Assembly: GCA_030390025.1 (NCBI GenBank)
Contig: CM059432.1
Location: 89,096,001-89,160,000, forward strand
Length of the DNA: 64,000 nt
Direction of reading: 5' to 3'
Source of the DNA: Squalus acanthias
Lineage: Eukaryota
Shown here piece after piece: positions 48,222 to 58,724 of this stretch (its first letter is position 1; the number at the start of each line of letters is the position of its first letter). The translations under genes were made by a program, and so were the position numbers. Under the pieces are notes generated by a model that was given only the letters and a program-made list of their open reading frames with translations, was not told the DNA's origin and did no database searches.

Positions 48222-48582
48222 CATGTTTTGGGTTTCTTGCTGGGCCTAGCACTCCTATCTTTATGCATGTCTTTAATGGGTTCTGCGATAGGTTTTAATG
48301 GTTCCTGTGTTTTGGGTGGGGCTGCCTTCTCCTAGGGCCTATTGTCCAAATGTTAATGTTTGCTGGGGCTTGAATTCCCAGACAATGCAATACCCAAAAC
48401 TGCTATTTACAGAGGTTGATCCCACGTCCTATGCAGCCTTTTCTCCCTTACATGTCGACATGTTCTTTTAAAATGCCAAAGCTTGGTTTTGGTCTTAAAT
48501 TCCTTATTTTTGTCACTCTGGGGTAGTTCCAAAGTCCTTTTTCCTTAGGTTTTGGGGATCTGCAAATTTTGGAAACTTTACA
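48222..48582 (-). repeat. Truncated 5' LTR (first 361 bp of U3)
   Basis: Matches 45383-45743 with about 12 substitutions by my manual count and no indels. Confidence 0.9.
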
Positions 48583-48639
48583 GCTGCCTGCCTCCTCCCT
48601 CCCTCCTCGTCCTCTTCCTCCTCCTCCTCCTCTCCCTCA

Positions 48640-49477
48640 TTGAACAAGACCTGGACTACATTCAGGCTTGGGCTGATAAGTGGCAAGTAACATTCGCGCC
48701 ACAGAAGTGCCAGGCAATGACTATCTCCAACAAGCGAGAGTCTAAACACCGCCCCTTGACAGTCAACAGCATTACCATCGCCGAATCCCCCACCATCAAA
48801 ATCCTGGGGGTCACCATTGACCAGAAACCTAACTGGACCAGCCACATAAATACTGTGGCAACAAGAGCAGGTCAGAGGCTAGGTATTCTGCAGTGAGTGT
48901 CGCACCTCCTGACTAGCCAAAGCCTTTCTACCATCAACAAGGCAAAGTAAGGAGTGTGATGAATACTCTCCACTTGCCTGGATGAGTGCAGCTCCAAAAA
49001 CACTCAAGAAGCTCAACACCATCCAGGACAAAGCAGCCCCCTTGATTGGCACCCCCTCTATCACCTTAAACATTCACTTCCCTCCATCACCGGCGTAACG
49101 TGGCTGCAGTGTGTACCATCTACAAGATGCACTGCAGCAACTTGCCAAGGCTTCTTCAGCAGCACCTCCTAAACCCGCGACCTCTTCCACCTAGAAGGAC
49201 AAGGGCAGCAGACACATGGGAACACCACCACCTCCAAGTTCCCCTCCAAGTCACACATCATCCTGACTTAGAAGTATATCGCTGATCCTTCATCGTCGCT
49301 GGGTCAAAATCCTGGAACTCCTTACCTAACAGCACTGTGGGAGTACCTTCACCACATGGACTGCAGCGGTTCAAGAAGGTGGCTCACCAGCACCTTCTCA
49401 AGGGCAATTAGGGATGGGCAATAAATGCTGGCCTTGCCAGCGATGCCCACATCCAATAAAAACGAATTAAAAAAAAA
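48640..49477 (+). mobile_element. 5'-truncated CR1-group LINE 3' end
   Basis: QDLDYIQAWADKWQVTFAPQKCQAM, ILGVTIDQK; AATAAA and poly(A) end; same family as 16512-16873. Confidence 0.85.
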
Positions 49478-50234
49478 TCCTCCTCCTGAGGTGGCAAGGG
49501 CGGCGCCCTCATGATGGGCAAGTTGTGAAGCATGCAGCAGACCACCACAAAATGGGACATCCACTCTGGTGTGTACTGGAGGGCGCATCCTGAGCGGTCA
49601 TGGCATGCAGAACCGTTGCTTTAGTAGCTTGATGGTCTGCTCGATAATGTTCCTGGTTGAAGCATGGCTCTCATTATATGAGTGCTGGGCACGAGTGTTG
49701 GGGTTGCGGAGGGGAGTCATGAGCCAGGTGTTGAGCGGATAGCCCTTGTCTCCAAGCAGACACTCTCGAGTTTGATGTGGTGGCTGGAAGATTACTGGCA
49801 TACCGGACTGACGCAGGATGAAGGCATCATGGCTGCTGCTAGGATAGCGGGCATTGACCATCAGGAAGCGCTGGGCGTGGTCACACTGCAACTAACATTA
49901 AGTGAGTGATAACCTTTGCGGTTACGGTGGATCTCAGGATTGTTATACAGTGCTCGCAAAGTCACGTGGGTGCAGTCGATGTCACCCTGCATCATGGGAA
50001 GCACGCTATCCTGGCAAAGCCACACGCACGTTCGTCGTGATTCTCTCTGCTCAGAAAGAAGACGTTAGTCAATTTTCCTGGTGTAGAGAGCCTTAGTGAC
50101 CTCGTGGATGCAGCAATTTACAGTGAATTGTGAAATGCTCTTGGTCTGCAGGTCTGGTTGCAGGAGGTGGCAGAGTGCTGTGACCACCTCCTTGGTGAAG
50201 CGGAGTCTCCAAATACACTGCTCCTCGCTTAAGT

Positions 50235-51725
50235 TAGGGGGACAATATTTTCTAAACCGTATCCGGGGACACAGAGGGTGGGAGCACAGCAAAGTAGCCA
50301 GGATGGAAAATGTAGGGTACACAGCATAGTGAGGCAACACTTTTAGCAGCCTATATTTTAATAGTTGTACATATATTCTACAAAGGCTATACAAATGTGC
50401 ATATAATTCCTGCGAATCTGATGCCACACTATTGAAGCGCATTCAGACACCTGCCCACCCCAGTGACTGAGGTCACACCTGACCCCTCCGTCCCCGTCCC
50501 CCCAGTGACTGAGGTCACACCCAACTCCTCCCCCCCACCAAGTGACTGAGGTCACACCTGACCCCGACGCCCCCCCCAGTGACTGAGGTCACACCTGACC
50601 CCGACCCCCCCCCGTGACTGAGGTCACACCTGACCCTGACCCCCCCCCGTGACTGAGGTCACACCTGACCCCTCCCCCCCCACCAAGTGACTGAGGTCAC
50701 ACCTGACCCCGACCCCCCCCGTGACTGAGGTCACACCTGACCCCGACCCCCCCCCAGTGACTGAGGTCACACCTGACCCTGCACCCCCCAATGACTGAGG
50801 TCACACCTGACCCCGACCCCCCCCCAGTGACTGAGGTCACACCTGACCCCGACCCCCCCCCAGTGGCTGAGGTCACACCTGACCCCGACCCCCCCAGTGA
50901 TTGTCGTCACATGTCATCCCCCCACCCCTGACTGAGGTCACACCTGACCCCCTCCCTACAGTGACTGAGGTCACACCTGACCCCAACCCCCCCACACACA
51001 GTGTCTAGGATTAATATACTCACCAACCAGTTCGCCGATCATTATTATTACACAGATGACCAAAGCTATCCAGTCTCCATTTAGCTTGATGTTGCTCTCT
51101 TTGCTTCTGTTCATGAGCCTTTTTATTGTAATGGCAATGGAAAAACCCATTGGATTCGCTGACAGTCTCAGGTGGGAGCTTTATCTCCAGTTCCAGATTC
51201 GGATGTAGAAAGGATGAGCTGTAGTTGATAGTGGATCAGGTCAGAGTGGTCATCTCTCAGTTTATTTCTAACGCTCGAGCTCTTTGGGTCAACACAAGGG
51301 TCAAAAACCAACTGTGAGGACTTGCTGGCGCTGCTGGGGCCGATTGTGCCTGCTGTGCTAATCGGGCAGGCGGCGGACCGTCCAGGTGGCTGGGCCTCAT
51401 TAGCACGCAGCCGGCCAGCTGCGAGGGCTGATTTGGTGTTTGGAAACAACTCGCCGGTTGGGGAAAGGAGGTGGGGGGAGGGAGGCAAAACCGGCCGAAT
51501 GTCCGAACCTGGGGTGTGTGAGATTGACGATTAGAGGGTAGGGGCCAATGAGGAGCAGGGAGGGGAGAGCCTCAGAGCCGCAAACTGATAGCTCAGGTCA
51601 GGTGGGGTACACTTCGGGGATGAGTCTTGTGAAACGGGACTCTTCCGGGGACATTGTTTGCCTGGGGACGCTGTACCTCATTTGGAGACTGTCCCCGGAA
51701 AACGAGGACGTATAGGTTACCCCTC
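50235..51725. mobile_element. Non-autonomous hAT (Blackjack-like) element carrying a minisatellite
   Basis: Ends TAGGGGGAC...GGTTACCCCTC with subterminal GGGGAC/GTCCCC motifs; 8-bp TSD GCTTAAGT/ACTTATGT; removing it restores the transposase frame. Confidence 0.7.
50455..50995. repeat. Minisatellite, ~35-42 bp unit, ~14 copies
   Basis: Unit GTGACTGAGGTCACACCTGACCCCGA(C)n. Confidence 0.95.
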
Positions 51726-52410
51726 ACTTATGTGGATATAAGAGAAGTGCTCATAGAAGACCCTAGGTGGGTAAGGCCTCCTGTTAAGAGCCCTCCTGGC
51801 CCTCCACCTCCTCCCTCTGCGAGCATCTTCGCCTCTTCTTCGCTGCCTCCACTCCCTCTCTCGAAGATACTCGAGCATGAGGGGAACTGCCAGTAGAGCC
51901 CCCATGACTGTGAGCAAGTGTTGTGAGCAGAAGCCTTTAAATAAGAATGAAGGCGTTCTCCACTTGCCCCAACACTCCCTGTTTCCATAGAACCTTGAAA
52001 GAAGTTAATAAAGCTGCTGGAGTTGCAGAAAGTTGCACAGAGCCAGTCAAACTGAACAAACATATTAGCGGCAAGTTTTTGCTGATGATCCCTTTAAATA
52101 ACACTGCTGGAGCCTCCGTCCTGCTTGTCAACACTTGCTCAGCTTGTCGCACGTAAGGCATGCCGGTAAGCGGAGCAGCGAAACCGAAACTCGCAGATCG
52201 GGCGTCAGGCGAGTGTTGTACACTCACTGCCACCACGATCGGCATCATCTACATATCCCTAGCGATCACTGACATCAGCAGTGCTGCCGGCCATCCGAAA
52301 ATGGCGGCCACTGCAGGACCCACCGGCAGCAGGTGGAAGTGTGGCGGCCACCATTTTTTCGGCTGAATCTGGCGATAATGGGTGCCGATAAACCCCCGAA
52401 TTTCTAGGCC

Positions 52411-52800
52411 AGTGTCTATGAGGCACAGCTCATTGACTCTCTCAGCTAGCAAAGGTGCTTCCGTAGCTTGATCCTCAGGTTCTTCAAGCTCTTCAGCGAC
52501 ATCTCCTTGGTGATGCTCTGTGGCCTTTTGCTCTGGCAGGTCCTTAATAATTCCTCACTGAAGAGCCAAGTTACTGAGCATTCAAAACACGATGAGTTAT
52601 GAACTTTTGGCTAGGCTTTACTGAAGAACTTTTTCCACACTCCACCCCCTCTCTTCCGATCCACCTAGGCAGTATAATCGCTGAGTCACCATTTATATAG
52701 TATGCTGAATAATGGCTCTGGTGGAGGCATGCATCTCATTAAGCCTGTGCTCCACTGCTGTCCACAGTTGTTGCAGAAGAGTCATGAGCCAGGGTTACAG
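52411..52800 (-). pseudogene. Older Harbinger transposase C-terminal remnant (target of the 40817-52410 insertion)
   Basis: WLMTLL...NEMHASTRAIIQHTI and an acidic tail; the frame continues across the insertion to ...TFS* at ~40803. Confidence 0.55.
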
Positions 52801-53224
52801 AAGGCACCTCTGGTCTCTGAAGATCCAACTTTTTACCACCAGGCGCAAAATGGGTAATAGTGAATCAGCAGCCCATTTAATGGAAAAGAAAATCGGGCAA
52901 AGTGTGAAATGGGCTGACAATTTGCTATCACCTGTTTTTCGCCAGGCGATAAAAGTTAAAGTTACCCCCCCATAGAGTGTATTTCAATCCCTTAGGACGT
53001 CCTAAAGTGCTTCACAGCCAATGAAGTACTTTTAAAGTGTAGCCATTGTTGTAATGTAGGAAAACACAACAGCCAGTTTACACACAGTAAGCTCCTACAA
53101 GGAAAGCAAGCATTCACTTGTATTATCCTGTGCAGATGGTCACAGACAAGCTGCGCATTGAGTGGTTGCTCCTCCAGTTCACGTATGGCTCACTCTTTTG
53201 TGAAGTTGCAGATAGGGCTAAATG

Positions 53225-54270
53225 TTTTCAATCAATTTTACACAGCAAGTTGTTGTGATCTGGAATGCACTGCCTGAAAGGGTGATGGAAGCAAATTCAG
53301 TAATAACTTTCAAAAGAGAATTGGATAAATACTGTTCACAACCTTGGTATCATATTTGACCCTGAAATGAGCTTGCGACCACATATCCGCACTATAATTA
53401 AGGCTGCCTATTTCCACCTACGTAACATTACCCATCTCCGCCCCTGCCTCAGCTCATCTGCTGCTGAAACCCTCACCTCTGACCCTTTGTCACCTCTAGA
53501 CTTGACTATTACAAGGCACTCCTGGCTGGCCTCCCACATTCTACCCTACATAACTTGAGGTCACCCAAAACTCTGCTGATCATGTCCTAACTTGCACCAA
53601 GTCCCATTCACCCATCACCCCTGTGCTCTCTGACCTACATTGGCTTCTGGTTAAGCAACGCCTTGACTTTAAAATTCTCATCCTTGTTTTCAAATCCCTC
53701 CATGACCTCGCCCCTCCCTATCTATGTAATCTCCTCCAGCCCAACAACCAACCCCCCCTTGCCCCTCCCTATCTATGTAATCTCCTCCAGCCCAACAACC
53801 CCACGAGATATCTGCGCTACTCCAATTCTGGCCTCTTGCGCATCCCCGATTTTAATCACTCCACCATTGGCGTCCGTGCCTTCTGTTGCCTAGGCCCTAA
53901 GCTCCGGAATTCCCTTCCTAAACCCCTTCACCTCTCTACCTCTCTTTCTTCCTTTAAGATGCTCCTTAAAACATACCTCATTGACCAAGCTTTTGGTCAT
54001 CTGACTTAATATCTCATTATGTGGCTTGGTGTCAAATTTTGTTTTATGACACTCCTGTGAAGCGCCTTGGGATGTTTTACTACTTTAAAGGCGCTATATA
54101 AATACAAGATGTTGTTGTTGTTGTAGTACTTGAAGGGAAAAATATTGTAGGGATATAGGGAAAGAGGAGGGGAGTGGGACTAACTGGATTGCTCTACCAA
54201 AGAGCCGGCACAGGCATGATAGGCCGAATGGCCTCTTTCTGTGCTCTATCATTCTATGATTCTATGATTC
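53225..54270 (+). mobile_element. CR1 3' tail split by an L2 insertion
   Basis: WNALPERVMEA...FKRELDKY|YLKG; tail ATTCTATG repeats. Confidence 0.75.
53334..54124 (+). mobile_element. L2 LINE 3' end
   Basis: AYFHLRNI, LSDLHWLLVKQRLDFKILILVFKSLH, FKMLLKTYL; (TGT)n tail; ~50-bp internal duplication at 53705-53800. Confidence 0.9.
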
Positions 54271-54317
54271 TAATTACATCCTGAATGTTGTAAGAATCCT
54301 AGGGACTTTACTATTGC

Positions 54318-54640
54318 TCTTGCAACCAATGCATCAGTCACCTGCTTAATGTAACTATGCACTGCAAATTGCTTGATGCTGCTGATGTCCCCACTTCCAA
54401 TCGGGAAACAAACCAAAGCAACAAAGCACAGGCTTGCGGTGAGCTTTGCAACCAATGGCAGTGCCTGCCCTAGAGTCTGGTTGGAGGCCAACCTGATGCA
54501 TGTGGCACAAGTCTGTCATAACCTTCCTGGTGTATCTCACTTTGACTGACAGAAGCAGTTGGCAAGGTAATGGCAATGAGGAGCCTTCCTCCTGTAATGT
54601 AGCCTTGCTCCTCTGGCATCTATGCGTTCCTCATCATCAT
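54318..54640 (-). pseudogene. Very old Harbinger transposase N-terminal fragment
   Basis: VRYTRKVMTDLCH...; GDISSIKQFAVHSYIKQVTDALVAR. Confidence 0.55.
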
Positions 54641-55429
54641 CATCATCTTTCTCCAATTAATATATATATAAAGTGGGGTTCCCAGAAAACACCCATTGTG
54701 TGAAGCGGTATGATGAGAGAAACAATAAATAAACCTTAGGGGTCCTACAACGCCCTTGACCCACAAAGCTCACCAGAAGTGAAAGAGATCCACAAAATCA
54801 TACACATACACTTGTAGAAACATGATTTAAATATCACCTATATGTTGCATCCTGCCCCTTCAACCAATTCTCTAGGTAAAGGCGCAGGCTAGCATCTCTG
54901 AAGTCCTAATTTATATAGGTATGAATATGGAACGGCATGGACTAGAAAAAGATGCAGAAAGCATAATTATCATCACCTCCATATCATCATAATTAGATTG
55001 TGAAGCTCCCATCAGTTTCAAGTTGGAGATTTCTGCATATGCTCCCACCCCCTTAACTGCTAGAAATGTGTTAAGGGTCTCTGCTCCTTTTTCCATGCCA
55101 TTACACCTGTGAACTGTGTGCTCAGGAAGCTAATGACATGAAAAGCATTTACACTGAGCCATCTTCCATAGTTCTTTTCCTAAGATAAATTTGCTTCATG
55201 ATTATTTCTTACTGGCAAATTAGTTAAGGAATAGCAGCAAGCGATCATCTTAGATTCATTCAAAAATATCTTCAACATTAAAATATAAAAGCAGTCCACT
55301 CATAAATATTGCTGAATTTTTCCCTCATTCTCTGCTGCGATCCCACTCAATTTTGGCCGGGTAGGATCGTGGAGAAGAATGCTCCCCCACCCCCCCATGT
55401 CATGAGCAATATCTTGGAGATCCACTAAA

Positions 55430-55842
55430 GAAAAATCTTGCATTTATATAGCACCTTGACCCAATCAAGTACTTTTTAAGGATAGTCACTGTTGTCATGT
55501 AGAAAACATAGCAGCCAATTTACATGCAGCAAGGTCTCACAAAAGCAATGAGATTAATGACCAGATAATCTGTTTTTAGTGATGTTGCTTGAGGGATAAA
55601 TATTGGCCAGGACAGCAGGAAAACTCCCCTGCTCTTCTTCGGATAGTGCCGTGGGTTCAATTGCGAACACATTAGAGAGTAGAGAGGGCTTTGGGTTAAC
55701 GTCTCATCTGAAAGATGACACCTCTAACAATGTAGCACTCCCTCAGTTCTGCACTGAAGCATCAGCCTAGATGATGTGCTCAATGCTCTGAACCCACAAC
55801 CTCTTAACTCAATGACGAGTGTGCTACTACTGAGCCAAGCCT
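55430..55842 (-). mobile_element. Degenerate DeuSINE (SacSINE1-like)
   Basis: Collinear reverse complement of 5670-6138. Confidence 0.8.
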
Positions 55843-56213
55843 TACAGGTCTATAAGTCTTGCATCTAGTGCATTTTTATTGCACTAAAGACACCACAACT
55901 GATCAATCGTTTAATAAAACATATAAAAAAAGAGCAAGAAAAGCACACATTTCCTGTTGCTTTTTCTGACCTGGCCTCCCTCCAAGTGCAGGAGTCAGGG
56001 ATTTACAAGCAACTGCGACACAAAAGAAGCTTCCCTCGCAATTCGTTTCTAATTTGCTTCAACAAGTAGCTATTTAGACCACTTGTTCAAAATAGTACTT
56101 GAGCAATGGCCTTAAAGGGACAGGTCAAGTTAAATACAGCTTCATTTTAGCTGCTAATTCATGCTCAAGGTCCCAGATTACTAGTGAACAATACATCAGG
56201 AAATCAACTTATT

Positions 56214-56956
56214 GGCCCAAAAATTAGTGCCGCTACGCGAGAGTACGCACTGTGTACTCTCGCGTATTCTGTCTCCAATTGCTGGTTTTCTGCATGCACT
56301 GCGCATGCGCTGAAAACCGGCACTTGGTGATTTCAAAAGGGGGCGGTTCCTAGGTGAACTGCGTGCGCGCTACAGGCTGCGCGCACGCAGTGCACTTAGT
56401 GCTTTGAACGCGCAGGTAAGCATGGAACATTTTACACATAAAGAAAGGAGGCATAAGACCCTCTTTTAACAAGGTAAGTAGTTAATTAAGTATTATTTTG
56501 AATTTTTTTCAACAGGTATATCTTTTTTAGAGACTTTAAAGAAAGGTAAGTTTATTTTTATAACTTTTTAAAAGATTTTAAATTTTTTCAAAAATGTAAT
56601 TTTTTGTTTAAAGTGGTTAATTTATTTAACTATACTTATTTTATTAATGTGATGGTTTTTTTTAAAAATTTAATTGAGGTTTAGCTGTTCTTTTGGGGGG
56701 TATAGTATTCATAGCTTTCACAGCCGTGCTGTGAAAGCTAGGAATGAAAGATGGTGTGCTGCCATTGGCTCTAACTGAGTCACGTGATCCCACAGCTCGC
56801 ACGAATTAACTGCGCCTGTGGGATACGGAAGCCCAGCACAGCTGCTGTCCAGAACATCAAGTTCGTGCGAGCTGGGAATGAAAAAGCCAGCGCGCAGTGA
56901 GAGATCGCGGGGAAGCCTTACCCTCGCACGAAGGCGCCCTCACTAATTTTTGGGCC
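56214..56956. mobile_element. Harbinger-like MITE rich in internal hairpins
   Basis: Perfect 16-bp TIR GGCCCAAAAATTAGTG; flanks ATT/GTT. Confidence 0.82.
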
Positions 56957-57804
56957 GTTATACATTATCTAGTTGATCTGCTGTTGCATTGCTCATGCCG
57001 AAAAGTTAGGGCAAAAATCATGTAACCCTCTTTCTGTAGCTGTCTCTTTACTTGAGTCCCCAGGACTGGAATTTCCTTTTCCTACCCCTATTAGTTTGGG
57101 TGGACTTCCACCTACCACCCCAACTCAGCTATGACCCCAGCATAGTTTCCTTGGACATGGTTATTACATGCTCATTATATGTTCTCAGCAGGACCCCTGC
57201 CAGCAACGGCAATCCAGGCAGTTGTGCAGCGGGACCTCCAAAGTAGTATAAGAATAATGATAAGGCCATCTTAAAGGGGCAGAAGAGCACTGAGACTGCA
57301 GCAGATCTTTAACTGAAGGCCTCAGCCAAAACCAATCAATCTCCATTACAATTACTATCCAGAGTGATCCAAAAGCCTCCCCAGAAGCAGACCCCATGTT
57401 AGTTGGCTAAACACTGCTCACTATTAGGTCAAAGAGTATCTGCTAATTCACTTTATTACAATGTAGTCCAAGTTCATTTATTTTGGCAGTAGAGAATTTC
57501 TGAAATAGCAGAGAGTAATAGTTTTCCAAGAGTAAGATTTTGCAGGTCATAAAATTGATAGGCTGCAGACTGAGATACAACAAGCACAGAGTCTGGGCAA
57601 TAGCAGCAGGGACACCCTGGTAAAACAACTAGCACTTTTAACCTCTAGAACACCAGTCCAAGATCGCAGAGAAAGTGCAAAGTACCTGTGCAAAGGAAAG
57701 TTGTTACAATGATTTATAGGAGAAAGTGGCCTGGTTTATGGCTAAATGTAGTGCCTTCTTACAGAATTTATTTTTTTCATATTAGTTTACTATGTTATAG
57801 ATTA

Positions 57805-58244
57805 CATAAACATAGAAACATAGAAACATAGAATCTAGGAGCAGGAGTAGGCCATTCGGCCCGTCGAGCCTGCTCCGCCATTCAATACGATCATGGCTGA
57901 TCATCCAAATCCAGTACCCTGTCCCTGCTTTAATCCCCACAGTACACATATCCCACCCTACCCCCGTAACCCCACGTATTTAATTCCCCCTAACATATCC
58001 CATCCTATCCCCATAACCCCACATATTTAATCCCCCCTAACACTAAGGGTCAATTTATCATAGCCAAATCAACCTAACCCACACATTTTTGGACTGTGGG
58101 AGGAAACCGGAGCACCCGGAGGAAACCCACGCAGACACGGGGAGAATGTGCAAACTCCACACAGACAGTCACCCGAGGTCAGATTCGAACCCGGGTCTCT
58201 GGCGCTGTGAGGCACCAGTGCTAACCACTATGCCACCGTGTTGG
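57805..58244 (-). mobile_element. HE1-like V-SINE with CR1-derived 3' tail
   Basis: tRNA head TGGCATAGTGG...GGTTCGAAT; V domain GGAGTTTGCACATTCTCCCCGTGTCTGCGTGGGTTTCCTCCGGG; tail matches CR1 26700-26800. Confidence 0.88.
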
Positions 58245-58557
58245 CATTCGTAGATATTTGGAGTCAGTGGCTTGAAAAGCATTTGGATGTGGAAGGAAGT
58301 TAAAACAACATTTTTTAAGCTACTTGATTGGTAGGTTTGTTATTTGTTGATCTGTGAATGGTAGCTTTTAACAAAAATTGACGATATGACTGCCCAGTTT
58401 TGTGCTGATTACTTCCTGCTGATTAATAGATGTTGCTACCTGCCTAGTGAATGTGTCTGATTTTTGAGTGATTCACATTTAGCAAACCTTAAAGGTTAAC
58501 TTCACAGATAATGGTTATTTAAGGCAATCATGATTTTTCCCTCTGGACATGTGCACG

Positions 58558-58708
58558 GGTCCGATTTTCACTTTCGGCGAGGGTGATAGGCTGGCGGTGG
58601 CAGATTGGTGCCTGTTATATTTCCATTTTATTGAAGTCAATGGAAAGGAATATCAGGCAGGCATATAATGAATGATTTGCCACCCATGCTGAAAGTGAAA
58701 ATCAGCCC
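58558..58708. mobile_element. 151-bp Harbinger-like MITE
   Basis: TIR GGTCCGATTTTCACTTTC vs rc GGGCTGATTTTCACTTTC; flanks ACG/ATG. Confidence 0.7.
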
Positions 58709-58724
58709 ATGAAGTCTTTGATAT

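Larger units (their letters stand above)
44478..48582 (-). mobile_element. Deleted endogenous retrovirus-like provirus (partial 5' LTR - env - PPT - 3' LTR); gag/pol absent
   Basis: 361-bp direct repeat beginning TGTAAAG on - at 48582 and 45743; PPT directly before the second copy; env-like ORF between the copies. Confidence 0.85.
44372..51905 (-). pseudogene. Harbinger DDE transposase in four pieces (51905-51726, 50234-49477, 48638-48583, 44470-44372)
   Basis: Pieces read MGALL...RRPYPPRVF; SEEQCIWRLRFTKE...IDCTHV...HDAFILRQ...LGDKGY...IEQTI...CCMLHNL; acidic tail; CLIRLRFQ*. Confidence 0.88.
40817..52410. mobile_element. Two-gene Harbinger transposon expanded to 11.6 kb by four nested insertions
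   Basis: TIR GGTCTAGAAATT...AATTTCTAGGCC; flanks ATT/AGT; Myb gene on + (41139-~44200), transposase on - (51905-44372). Confidence 0.8.

Noticed and set aside
46373..48298. Plus-strand ORFs of 135-197 aa antisense to env
   Set aside because: They show no recognisable motifs and are consistent with shadow ORFs of the coding strand.
50455..50995. Repeat with variable spacers resembling a CRISPR array
   Set aside because: The spacers are only C-runs of variable length, there are no cas genes, and the context is eukaryotic. It is a minisatellite.
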